From: Tubiluchus corallicola
Lineage: Eukaryota; Animalia; Priapulida
Reading direction: 5' to 3'
Assembly (NCBI GenBank): GCA_030141605.1
Contig: JAQGDQ010000086.1
Span: 243,418-307,417, forward strand
Length of the DNA: 64,000 nucleotides
The number at the start of each line of letters is the position of its first letter. The stretch's first letter is position 1. The notes beneath the pieces were generated by a model, which saw only the letters and a list, made by a program, of their open reading frames with translations, did no database searches and had not been told where the DNA came from. Below are positions 12,101-23,194 of this stretch, one piece after another. The translations under genes and the position numbers were made by a program.

Positions 12101-12190
12101 GTTAGTTATGATGACACACATACGACTCTTGTGGCCGAGTTGCGTAGTATTTTTGCAGCCCAACGCTCTTGCATGGGTGATGAGGAGTGA
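134..12190 (+). CDS. Caspase-STING-STING fusion protein (about 753 aa, 10 coding exons)
   Basis: Exons 134-232, 1906-2118, 2831-2990, 3546-3608, 4676-4864, 5583-5692, 8022-8162, 8967-9649, 9811-9961, 11738-12190 total 2262 nt. All phases are compatible and all introns are GT-AG except the last, which needs GAG|gcatgt or the weaker CTG|gtggaa. Caspase motifs: YPMDSTPRGYCMIINN, RYGSDVD, IILTHG, GKPKIFIIQACRG, SMRSPKKGTWFI, QVPELESSLMTRLFFNP. STING motifs: LAYWHWIGY, DMAGMKGRKY, VDYPTAI, then KLLVLLPSSC, KQRYVGHSTVY, IAEFATPLRCL. An acceptor at 116-117 is open in frame, so coding exons upstream of the window cannot be excluded. Confidence 0.85.
355..455 (-). mobile_element. Degenerate tRNA-derived SINE-like fragment
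   Basis: Reverse complement reads gtggcctagtggtctaaagg (A-box-like) ... ggtcctagttcaaatccagac (B-box-like). No intact cloverleaf. Confidence 0.45.
1150..1720. repeat. Degenerate minisatellite, unit about 39-40 bp, in caspase intron 1
   Basis: Repeated core ctgcacattccgaacccacagtatgtgtgctgccacataa with divergence. Accounts for the spurious ORFs at 1106-1818. Confidence 0.8.
4405..4632. repeat. 48-bp tandem repeat, about 4.5 copies, intronic
   Basis: catgggcac recurs at 4455, 4503, 4551 and 4599, with a degenerate copy at 4409. Confidence 0.95.
7521..7712. repeat. About 100-bp local duplication with (GT)n/(GCGT)n microsatellite
   Basis: aaacctct(a/g)taaagatttctgagctg(t/c)acttcattataaaat occurs at about 7523 and 7624, each followed by TG repeats. 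Confidence 0.85.
8753..8880. repeat. Compound pentanucleotide microsatellite (TTTAG)n(CTTAG)n(TTTAG)n
   Basis: Seen directly, in the intron that joins the caspase and STING exons. Confidence 0.95.
8967..9510 (+). other. STING-like ligand-binding domain 1
   Basis: Colinear by-eye alignment to human STING CBD: ALAYWHWIGY~GLAWSYYIGY; KQIIVYSQSC~RLYILLPLDC; DMAGMKGRKYGVTVW~D(R/H)AGIKDRVYSNSIY; AVDYPTAIQAI~VLEYATPLQTL; AFHKALQCIL~LFCRTLEDIL; LLPYDD..SLRAVLREACRQ~LIAYQE..SLSQEVLRHLRQ. Confidence 0.85.
9621..12190 (+). other. STING-like ligand-binding domain 2 (split over three exons, with an acidic insertion)
   Basis: IAERYAGLYFHHY..NLQQRL~VAHGLAWSYYIGY..ELQARI; KLLVLLPSSCYVLDSL~RLYILLPLDCGVPDNL; KQRYVGHSTVYKL~KDRVYSNSIYEL; IAEFATPLRCL~VLEYATPLQTL; QFRIRLESLL~LFCRTLEDIL; VVSYDD..TLVAELR~LIAYQE..SLSQEVLR. 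Confidence 0.88.
10057..10761. mobile_element. Non-autonomous TIR element (hAT-like ends), apparently inserted in a tRNA-derived SINE
   Basis: Left end cagggatgagaat; right end attctcattcctg (reverse complement caggaatgagaat). Joining the flanks gives tagcccctggatgg...gctattggttg/cggttagcgataggcctcggttcgaatacc with A- and B-box-like parts. No clean TSD. Confidence 0.55.
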
Positions 12191-14514
12191 CGTGTCACCT
12201 AAGCTTTTGTTAGCACAGTTAGTGATAGCTACAAAAATGTTTAGTAGTTGTTTAGCTATGTTTTTGCTTTCTGATATTTTTGAATAGTTTTTCAAGAATA
12301 GTTTTATACCGATGAGCAAGATTTGCATTAAAATTCTGCATATCAACAGGTGCTGTGAATATAAATCGACGTTAAGTGCTGGACTTTATGTTTATATTAA
12401 GCATGTTATATTGCAGTATAAATATGCAGTAATGTTAATATTATAACGTTTGACATAGTGCAAAAGAAACACATAACTATTTATACTGCAAAAAATATTG
12501 TAGTATGTTGAATTTTGTATTAGTTTTACTACTGTTTAGTATTGTATCCATGTTAAGTTTTACGCCTATAAACATAGAGTATGTAATGTCGGCACATTCT
12601 CCATCAATTTGCACATGATGCTGATTGGTGAACTTTATAATGCTTATAGAAAAACTGTGCACTATGCCAAAATGATTTTTGTCCAAATAAATTAATTTAT
12701 GTATTTACATTTAGAGAGATAAGTGGATGGATGGATGGATGGATGGATGGATGAAGAGATGGATAGATAGAAAGATTTATTTGCACACAAATTATGTAGA
12801 AAAAAAAATTGTTTAATAAAGCTGATACCAAGTGAACCTTAGATTTGATTCATGTGTGTTTATGTGGGTGTCTACTTTCAATTGCAACAAGTGAGAAATG
12901 TCGCAGAGTAGAGGGATTTATTGACATGACAGGTTGGTGTGACCAGATTCTCCTGGAGATAATAGGGAATGAATGCTTGAAAAAGAAATATGAAATGTAA
13001 GAAGAGGCAACCAGAATGACACTAAAAGGCTAAATTGTAAATATTGTTGCTGTGATGAGTGTTCATTATCAATTATTTTTTCCAGTATTAGCTTTTTTGA
13101 TATCACAAATTGATGATTACTTTTTTGTCCATATTATAGTCTTGCTCAGAACTTATGTACACTGTGATTGTTGAGTATTTAATAAATCTAAGAATTTGTA
13201 CCTTTTTGTTTAAGAAATTTTTATCTCAAAAAAAGATTATTTTCTGTGTCGACGTATGTATGTTATTGAAGTAATGACTACAATTATCACTAGACAAAAA
13301 TATAGAAGTGCTGCAAAGTAAAATGCGACTTTTTAATATTTTATATGCCATTAAAAGTATAGAAACATTATAATTGTAGGCTTTTTGTTAATTGTGTAGG
13401 TCACAATGCAAAATCGATTCCTAGCATACAGAAAAAAGCAGAAGACAAAAAATGATTCCTTCTTATTCACTATTTCATTGCTCAGCAGTTCATTTGCTTC
13501 AGACATTAATGTCCATTTTTGGAGAAGCGTTAAAATTTTACAGATGCAGATATATGAAGACAAAGCAGGTCTCGAAAATTTCTTAAAATATAAAATTTTC
13601 TTATCCCCATTACTCATTAACATCGTAATTGGGCAATGCTGTATGTTGTCAGTCAATGAAGACATTCTTACATGTCGTGTGTTTCCCGATGTGTTTTGAC
13701 TCGCGCTTTTCCTGGTGGAAAAAGAAGCTCGGCAACAAAATTCGGGTCTCTGGGCAAATCTCATCGGTTAAGCATACGAATTAAGCAAGCGTATACCAGA
13801 CATACGGAATGCGTTAATGCATAAAATCACTTTACATTCTTTGCAATGAACCCGCTCATCAGACCTGTGTTATTGCGTTATTTTTATACAACTATTTCTA
13901 TGGGATTTTTTTATGCTGGAGATCTTGGTATTGGTATTTTTTACGTATTGATATTTGTATTGGTATTTGTACTTCCGTATTGGTATTTTTCACCATTTTG
14001 TACCTATTAATCATGTGCCCCAGTAAATATGTTTTACCAAATAAATTATAATAAAGCAGAATTACAGTTATAAGATACAGAGCGCCATTTGACATTAAAG
14101 TATAAAGCACTGACCAAGTGTATTAAACAATGTAAACGTATTTTTGTACGGTGTAGGAATATTATATTAACGAATTAATATTCATATTTTTTCAACATTT
14201 CCTTCTAGTTATTGTGTTGTTAATTAAATGCATTAACAAACTTGAGAAAAACTTCATACATTTCGTTCTAGAATTTAAAAACTTTTTTTATTTTCTAGTA
14301 TGCAATAAAAATAATTATACAATATTTTTATAATATGTACATTACACACAAATTGGCCTTCATGTTGACACAATTGCTTAACTAGTGTAATTTAGAGATC
14401 ATTTAACTTCGTTTCGTACAGTTTAATAAGTTCGCAATAAGTAGTGTTATTATTTTTGTGGTCTGTGATTCTGTGAAGAACGTAAAGTTGTCTGTGACGT
14501 CATTTGTTGGCACT

Positions 14515-15300
14515 TTAGTTACCATATCCGTTTCGCCTGGCACTAGCTGGAAGTTGGCTCCTGCTACCGGCGTGCACGGGAAGGTCATCAAGTTTGACAG
14601 CTTGGAACTGCAGGTTGGGCGTCCTCTGGTACCCGTAAGCAGCACCTTGTTCGGTTTTGCCTTCTCCAGATGCGGTCTGGCTGTACTGTTGAGTTGCATC
14701 CTGTGAGGCTTGACGAGAAGCGCTGAGTTCAATACCGGCTTCACCGGAACCACTGCCAGTACGTTCGGATGAGCTTTGCTCTTGTTGGCGAGCATAGCCT
14801 GACCTGTACCGAGAACCGATGACGATTTGTTCTGTCTGGGCAGCGTTTACGGCTTGTCTTGGTGCCTGAGCTGCTGCGTCGTTCCTCCATCTGTTGAAGT
14901 CAAAAGCCTCAACGTTGATGTACAAGTTACCAAAAGAGTCGATGCCGAAAGCACTGGTGTCGATGTTGCCAAAGTTGTTGACATCAATGGCTCCACCACC
15001 AAATCCTTGCAGACCTGCAGCACGGAAAGCGCTGGTGGCACTAGAAGCGCCTCCTCCTGATACTGCGCCACCACCTCCGGAAACTCTGAACCCTCCACCA
15101 CCTCCAGATACTGCAGCACCACCTCCGGAAACTCTAAAGCCGCCACCACCTCCAGATACTGCAGCACCACCTCCGGACACCCTTACGCCACCTCCACCAT
15201 GTGCACCTCCTCCCATGTTGCCATAGCCTGCCATACCATATCCTTGGCAGAGCGCGCTGCTAATGCAGCCTAACAGCAGAAGGGCAACCACAGACTTCAT
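14515..15300 (-). CDS. Secreted glycine-rich repeat protein (261 aa), single coding exon
   Basis: Signal peptide MKSVVALLLLGCISSALC, about 3 repeats of VSGGGAAVSGGGGGFR, an Asp/Phe/Asn segment and a Gln/Ser/Ala-rich C-half. Splice acceptor ttttgcag lies just before the ATG (15302-15303) and a donor at about 16247 marks a non-coding first exon. AATAAA on the minus strand at about 14287-14292. Confidence 0.85.
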   Translation of the reverse strand: MKSVVALLLLGCISSALCQGYGMAGYGNMGGGAHGGGGVRVSGGGAAVSGGGGGFRVSGGGAAVSGGGGGFRVSGGGGAVSGGGASSATSAFRAAGLQGFGGGAIDVNNFGNIDTSAFGIDSFGNLYINVEAFDFNRWRNDAAAQAPRQAVNAAQTEQIVIGSRYRSGYARQQEQSSSERTGSGSGEAGIELSASRQASQDATQQYSQTASGEGKTEQGAAYGYQRTPNLQFQAVKLDDLPVHAGSRSQLPASARRNGYGN

Positions 15301-16324
15301 CCTGCAAAAATGTATTTTAATAACAAAAGGAAAAATCTTGAATTTCTGTTTAAACGAACTTTTAAATTTGCAAATAGCTGAATCTGAATATTAACACATA
15401 GTTACACTGTGTGCTAATATAGAGTAACATTGATATTGATCTTCTCAGTGTGCCATCAATATATCTAGCTATAATTTAATTTTGCAAGTGTCGGTGCTTC
15501 TCACTAGACATACACTGGGTACTTTTTTCGTGTTGTACGACATGAGTTTTGAACGGTTTATATCTGGTTTGTTTTACAATATACTCAAGAATAGCATTAT
15601 TAATTTTGGAAACATTAATGCTATAGCTAGAGTTAACGAGCTAGAATTTATATTAAACATCTGAGGCATGAATTTTGTTAGACTATTTTACTTATATCAG
15701 GCTCGACAATAATGGAATTACCTAAAAATAACTTAGCAGTAAAAAAAGCAATAACCAAACTGAGATTTGAACTTGAAGCCTTAGGCTCAGTATAACAATT
15801 AGTCTTTGGAACTGAGGTAGTTAAATTTACCTACACTGATAGCGGCAGCTACTGTGTCAGATTTCAGATCTAAAGTGGCATTTACCCAGAGTCAGGTAAG
15901 CCACTTTAGTATTTGTTATTTGCCAACTGTTTGTGTATACAGTAAGATTAAGCGATTCTAAGTTATTGTAAATCAGTGCTTCGCAAAAGTTTCTTTTTAT
16001 GTTTAGGCTTCTAATATTATTTTACTTGCGTAGGCCCCATCGCACAGCCTTTATAGTAACTGATTTCGTATAAAAAATAAAAAAAGAAAAATTATAAGTC
16101 TAAGTCTTATAATCATCATTTTCTGTAAAACTACAACGTATAGTTTATTAAGGCATCGAACAGCTAAAACTAATAACTACAGTGACTGCCTAATTATTAA
16201 TCATTCATTGAGTTATAAAAGTTAAATATAATGAAAGTAACACTTACGTGCAGCGAGACAAATGGGAGTTCCACTGAACTCTAGTATTACACAGTTAAGC
16301 AAAAAGTGAACAACGAACGAATCG

Positions 16325-16365
16325 TGGTCGCTTATATACATTCATCACGTGTCCATTGGCCCAAT
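16325..16365 (-). promoter_or_regulatory. Candidate core promoter of the Gly-rich gene (TATA, E-box, CCAAT)
   Basis: Minus-strand tgtatataag at 16331-16340, CACGTG at about 16346 and ccattggcccaat next to it, about 85 nt above the exon-1 donor. Confidence 0.5.
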
Positions 16366-17599
16366 TTTGACCATGAACGTGTAATCTTCATCTTTTTGTT
16401 GTCCGTTTGTAAGGGGGAAATTGTACCGAATCCCCCTACAGGGACTGAGTCTATTCATCGCTGAAATCAACCAACAAATAAACATGTGTACTTCGGAAAA
16501 AACGAGGCGATTTTAAATTAGAGGAGACGGTCAGAAAGGACACGGTTTTGAAAAGGGGTGGCTTAGAGTCGTGTAACTTGAGCGCAACTTTACAACACCA
16601 ACAACTTTTCAGTGACTTACTCTAATCTTAAATCCTACTCGAAAAACAAAAGACATTTTCAACCTAAACCAACAAAAATTAAGAAAACAACATTTCACGA
16701 TTATGTTTCTGATATAACTGACACCTTTTCAATTTAGAAAATTTTCGATTCTGTTACAACCGCTCGTGGCTATTTTAAAGCGGAGCTTTTCGCATATTTC
16801 GTGCTAAAACTACAAAATGGTTGCGTGCAAATGTAGTTTCTCCCGTGTTTCTCACGTTTTCCATAATCTGGGGCTCTGGGCTCCAGATTATATGTTTAGC
16901 TCGAAAGCCATCCTCTCGTACCTTTACGTTAACAAAGGTGAACAGACCTAGTTTAATCTGTTAAGCGTTAAAACATCGCTGAAGTCAGTTGTATTAATGC
17001 TACTGAGACTGGCTTATACCTAGAAACTCGATTAAAACTAGTCAAACATCGTGACCCAAGTGTGACATCAAGAGAAGTTGCCACCTATTTTGCTAGTGGC
17101 CAGTTTCTTTTCATAATTTTACTTTACAGTACCGCCAAAATTCTAATAATTAAGTTACATTTGAAGATATTCTTTCCATAATTGTGTGAGTAAATGTGAG
17201 TATTGTGTTGTGTGTGTGCGTGCGTGCGTGCGTGCGAGCGCGCGCGCGTGTGTGTATTGCTTTTTATACCATTCGGCTCTACCAGTGATGCTCATTAAGG
17301 ATAATCATCTATTCATCTAAAGGAAAACACTGAGAAGACGGAGGTGTCTTAGTAGCAGATGCGTGTATATCTTGCCTCAACTGACTGAGTAGTATGATAG
17401 ATCAACTCAGTAGTATAGATAGCCCAAAAATCAAAAGTTTTTCGGCTACTCACCCAGCCATTTATTGACCGGAAATGACGTTGTTTAAGTATCTACCATG
17501 ATTATTCATCTATTCCGTTGCTTCGTGTGTTGATCGACCTCTTCTTGAAACACCAAACACCAGCTCATTGTTTAGAATTAGTCTGGTACACTGTCCCAC

Positions 17600-18130
17600 T
17601 GCTGTTCATGTTCCTGTTAATATTGCTGCAGCTGTTGCGGTCAGTACTAAAGATAAAGATACTGTTGCTGCCGCTACAACTGTAGCTGCAGCTGCAGCTG
17701 CAGCGGCTAATAGTTTTGATTCTGTTGCTTTTGCTGTTTTTGTTGATATTGCAGGTACCACTGGTTCTGCTGCTGCTCTTACTGTTCTTTTTATTACTGT
17801 TGCTGTTGCTGCTGTTGTTGTCTATGCTTCTGTTACTACTGCTGTTGTTGTTACAGTTGCTGCTGACTGCTGATACTATTACCATTGATTGAAATACTAC
17901 AGTTGTAGTTATGTTATTTTATATTTTGCAGCTGTTTTAGTTACTGTTAGCTGACTCGGTTTCTGTTACTGTTACTGGTGCAGCTGATTTAGTGACCGCT
18001 GCTACTGTGATTCAGTCGCTTCTACATTGCTGTTGCTGTTGCATTAAGCGCAACTGCTGGTGTTAATGCAGCTGGCGTTATTTCTGTCGTTGTTGTTGCT
18101 GCTGTAATGCAACTGCTGTTACTTTCACTA
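17600..18130. repeat. Low-complexity (GCT/GTT/ACT)n region
   Basis: Degenerate trinucleotide array that produces Ala/Val/Thr-rich and Ser/Asn-rich pseudo-ORFs. Confidence 0.8.
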
Positions 18131-20446
18131 TTGTTAGTCTTAACTAGCAGTTTGCATTGCAATTTAGCGCTTGTCTACGTCTTTTATTTCTGCTAATAAG
18201 AACATTTTTCTTTTTTCATTCAAATTTTTTAAAGCAACAAACGTCTGTTAAACGTTAAACACCCCTTCCCAGTCAAATAAAATTTTGTCATACAGTGACG
18301 TCATCATGTCCTCATTCCAAAGATCTGCGCAAATAGAAGGTCGTTACGCCAAAGTGTACTATATAACCATTTTTTCAGAGATTATTCAGATAAGATCGTG
18401 CTACATTTTTCTCACTACGAGCAGGGACGCAGAAGTAAAAGTAACCCTTGTCTGCGAGAAAGGAAGGGATTAAGATTATAGCATACCTTTGCATTGTGCA
18501 CTTTTAATTACAAACACACTAAAATGCCTTTCCTCCAGGTGCTTATAATTACAATTTGTAAGGAAAAAATGTCTGTTGACTCACTTATGAATAGGTAAAT
18601 GTGTTATTTTAAACTGATTGTTTACAGATAAAAAAGGGTTGTCACAATTAGCAGCTAATTGGAACGCTGTCGACTGTTTGTTTTTAATTGAAAAATTATT
18701 TATTCCGTAATTAAGCAGAAAGGTTTAAGAATGTTGAAGAGCAGAGAAAAAAATCACTAGTCTTAAACGTTTCTTGAATTAAGAGGCGTTCGCTCGTCAA
18801 TTATGCAGAAATCACATTTTTCCTCAATTTTAATTGATAACTGAGTTAAGAACAAAGAAAATTTGTCTCTAAGGTGTATAAGTTTTTGTCTTACTGTTCT
18901 TATTTTTGCTCGCTCTTTATAGTGAATGAAGCGTATTATTAATTCTGTATCCGGTCAAAAAAATCTGCGTTGTAACCTAAATTTTACTTTTCAAGTTCTC
19001 TAAAAATTTTCAGCATTTGTACTTCCAGTATGTCATGGTTTTCCATGGTTTAGAATCACATTGAAATGGTATTTCAGTGAAGATAATACAATCGGGCGAG
19101 CAAAGTTGGTTTAACGAAAATCTCAGCGATACATGGTGATGCCGATCTTTTGTTCTATATTTTCCTAGTGTCACGAATTATGCATAATCTTCTATAATAA
19201 CCAAAGCCGTCTCTAAGTTTACCCTGGAGAGATTATTGCTTGCGCAGAGCGTATTTGGCTTAGCCGCAGACTGACAATTTTCTGTCGAAAACAAGATCCA
19301 AGGTACGCGTAGATCAGTAATGGCTTTGACCTGCTTATCCAGGGTTGCCTTGCGATTATAACAATAAGTGTCCTTTTCTGACCAGCAGGGCACGAAATAA
19401 ATAACAGATGAATTAAATTAAAATAGTAAAAAGTCAGAAACACCCACGAAAGTGTTTAATCATCATCAAGTACGTAATAATTAGGATAGGTTCGTTATAC
19501 GTAAATAACCGCGTAGTTTTCGTTTCCTAACGAAAATAATGAATAAGGCTATAACGACGACGTGGCCAATATCTGTTGTACCAGTCGGGGATGGCCTGTG
19601 AGAAAACTTTGCTAACTTTGGTGGCTTAAAGCTAAGTTTAATGACCTTAACAATTAATTTTATACTCTTTTGAGATATAGCACTCCTAAAGACTTGGATG
19701 CTTGCCCAAAATTAATAAACAGATCGAAAATTGCTAGAGACCTGTCAGTAATTTTTCGCCGAGTATTTTCGTTGAATGAAAGCACCTAAGAAACACATGC
19801 ACTGCGCGCAAGTTAAAAATACCCACGAAAGTGTTCCTGGTGTTGAAAAAATCGAATTGTGCCCGTACATCATATAACTCATTGGAATTTAGGTTTCGCT
19901 CTGTCTGCTATCAGTCCATTTAGGCTGCGTCTCAGCAGCAACATTATGAGAGACGTGGTTACGTGTCAGTGAGTTGTTAAGCAATTTTTATTGTGTCAAT
20001 TCAGTAATCATTTTTAGGAGTTTTGAAATTTGTAATAGTTGGCATTTAAAAAAACAACCTACATTTCTTGTTTGGAGAATCTGCGTATGGTTTTCAAAGT
20101 TTTAAACTTCCAGAGGCGAAAAAACTAAAAACTGACAAAACCTGGTACATATTAGAGAATAATTTAGTTCTGCTAGAAATCAGTAAAGAATATTGAGCTT
20201 GGTAACTTTTAATTTACAGTACATGTAACTTCGCTTCGATTTTCAACTTCTTTTTCATCTTCGTTTGCATAAAAAGAATTGCTTTGTACAGTAGGTTGCT
20301 TGAATCAAGTCACGCTGTCACACTGCCTTCTGTTGTACACAACATTCCGTTAGCACAATATTTCAGGCAGTTTTTATAGATTAAAACTTTGTCAATAATT
20401 AGCATGGTTTTCTCTTTATCTTAAGCAGCTCACTTTACATCATGTT

Positions 20447-23194
20447 TCACGGATCATATTGGTCAGTTTCGTCGTCTCCGTCCTGGTCCATAAGCGAAGA
20501 TTCGTAGTAACAATAATAAATTTTAATGTCTCCTTTGTCTAGCTCCAATGAGGGAACACTGCCCCAATACGTACTGCTAGTGAATGAATCTTCACAATCC
20601 CATTTGAACCACTCCACGCTATCTCTCATTCCCAAAACCTGGAAGGATACAAAACTATAATGAAGTCACTGAATTTTTTCCATGCACTAGCTATCATTTA
20701 CTCAACCGAAGAAAGAGTTTTTTCATTTATTGCAGTTTGACTTGCTGAATATGGATGGTTACTGGTTTTGTCATTTGTTTATTATTATATAAGTTACTAA
20801 TGTTTTTATTTTTTTGGCATAATTGATGTTAAGGTTCATCTTATAGAAAGGCTTTTTCAATATTCTGGCTTTCGTCGCGGTTTAAGAACACTTTGGCTCC
20901 AGATATTTAGGTCCGGGATATTTGAGCTCCAGCATTTGAATCCTGGATACCAGGGCACTAGACAATTTGGGCCCCAGATATTTGAACCCTGGATATTTGG
21001 ACCCCAATCAATTGTGCACAGACATTTGAGCCCCAGGCATTTGGACCAAAGGCTTTTGATGTCTTTTCATTGGACATTTAGAAAAATAGATGGATAAACA
21101 GACAGACAGACAGGCAGACAGACAGAGACACAGACAGGCAGACAGAAATGAATCTCGGGCGTGGCATGGTGGGGATGAAGCAGACGGGTTTTCACTTACC
21201 CTTTGACAAGCGCTTCCATGTCTGAACAGGTAAAACGGCTTGTTGGTTGGCAATCGTATAGGTTTACTAGCGTCTCCGTCATTTCTGCAGCAGTAGTATA
21301 TCTTCGTGTTATGATCATATTCACCGTGTGGCACGCTGGGAGAATACTAACAAATAAAAAATTAAAAAGCTTTTAATCAGATTTATTACAGGCACAGGTC
21401 TATCCTTAGGTCTATCCTGTTTCTGTAAGTTCTATATCGCACAAATACTGCTTTTTTACTTGCAAAATATGTTCGGTCTTACTCCGACTGTTAAAGTTTA
21501 TTTGGAACATGGTATGCAGAAATGTAGTCAGTCAGTCAGTCAGTCAGTCAGTCAGTCAGTCAGTCAGTCAGTCAGTCAGTCAGTCAGTCAGTCACTCCGT
21601 CAATCAGCTTATAAGTCTACAGTTTAAATTACTATGAACAGAGTTTTCATGTAAACACCTCATTCATACCGCGTTCTGGTTAAACAGATCTTCGTCGTCC
21701 CAGAAAACCCATCCGTCTTGAAAACCAACTGGACAAGCTTGATGGTAAGCGCGGAAAACGCAATATTCTCCTTCAGGCCACAACTCTGGTCTCTCGTTGG
21801 TATCCTGTTCATCCTCATTTTTGCTCACGTCTTCCTTCATACAAAAATGTTGCTCCATGTTGTTTTTTCTTAAAGACACATAATCGCCGTAGCATTTAAT
21901 TAGTTCCATGGCACGCCACAATACTTTTAAAGAATAGTGAATGATGTTGTGTGTTTACGTTACAATGAAGAGACGATGTAATCACAACATGCCTATAAAA
22001 ATATGCTACTTTTCTGAACTACGGTATTTTTAGGTACTGACACTGTTAAAATGGCAAATGTTACTGTGTTTTTCGAAGCTGAGCAGGTGTCAGGATTGAA
22101 AAGAAAAATGAAATATCATATAATCGTGTTTGTGTTTTTTTCGTAAAGTGCAATACTGTATTCTAAAAAAACTCATTATTTCGAAGTACTGTGGACTTCA
22201 AATATTCGTAATTCGTGTGATGCTGACGTTAGCATTTATTTTAACCTTACATTCATTAGATACGGCAATATTTTTGGATCAGTGGGCTCTTGAAGACAAA
22301 CTGCAAAGATTCATAGCTTGTGCTTGAATCATCTATAGTCGTCAACGTACTTGTATCAGTGCATATAGTTTCTAATTTAATACAATCATTTAACATCAAA
22401 TAATTTCGAACAATTTTAAGTCAAACAATTTAACGTAAAGGTGCACTACACCTTTTCTATTTTTTATTTTTTCCTTTTTTCCCCTTCGTTTCTTTTTCTT
22501 CTGCATAGTTGATGAACGTTCTAGTTATTAATCCGCTTTAAAATTCGGACTGAAAATGTAGTGCTTAATTTTTATGGACAAAATTTTTATGGATAAAGTT
22601 ATGTAACTGATTTTACTTATACTAATACGTACATTGATATTGAATGAACTATAGCCTGGGCTGAAATACAGAAGATATATAATTGTGCTTATAGCCTACT
22701 CGTATTTTCCAAAAAAATGTAGGGGATTGCTCCATTCATTATTAGGAAACCAATCCTCTGTGTCGTGATACCGCCATCCACTGTTCCATCCTGCAAATCC
22801 ATCGCTGGTGGAACACCCACTTAGAGGTTTGGCCAATCCATAAGCTCCTTTAGGCCACTGCGCTGTCTCCAGGTCCAGTTGTGAAACCCTGTCTGCTCCA
22901 GCTGTGGAAAAAGTAATGCCAAAATTGAGGTACTGGATAAAATTTTGATTTTTCTGATTTTACAAAACAGATTAATTCCCGCTTTCATCCAATAATTTCA
23001 TCAAGTTCAACTTTGCAAGTTTCGTTGCTTGCACAGCAATAGCCATCGATGTCCAAATACATATCAATACTTCATTTAATATATAATTGGAAAAAACATA
23101 TGTATAAAGGACTGTACATATCGTATTTACCTGGTGCCAAGACGAACAACTGGAAAACGCTGACGAACAATGATAGCGCCCAAAACAAAGCCAT
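20447..23194 (-). CDS. Secreted apextrin-like (ApeC domain) protein A, 267 aa
   Basis: Exons 23194-23131 (signal peptide MALFWALSLFVSVFQLFVLAP), 22901-22700, 21868-21670, 21346-21200, 20638-20447; phases 1,2,0,0; 804 nt. ApeC motifs WPKGAYGL..GC, WRYHDTED, FCMK, WPEGEYC, CPVGFQDGWVFWDDED, YYCCRNDG, LPTNKPFYL, WDCED, IYYCYY. Confidence 0.9.
20893..21060. repeat. Array of about 15-bp degenerate subrepeats (dispersed repeat family)
   Basis: Units like ccagatatttgggcc / ctggatatttggacc. A related array occurs in the opposite orientation at about 56540-56700. Confidence 0.6.
21526..21594. repeat. (CAGT)n microsatellite
   Basis: Seen directly. Confidence 0.97.

Noticed and set aside
14403-15226. 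Pro-rich and other ORFs overlapping the Gly-rich gene
   Set aside because: Antisense or alternate-frame shadows of the GGN-rich CDS.
17565-17885. Ala/Thr/Val-rich ORF resembling an antifreeze or membrane protein
   Set aside because: Low-complexity trinucleotide tract that continues past stops, with no true ATG or splice support.
19178-19443. Exon-like minus-strand segment
   Set aside because: No recognisable homology or partner exons. Nearby repeated cccacgaaagtg motifs suggest repeat-derived DNA.
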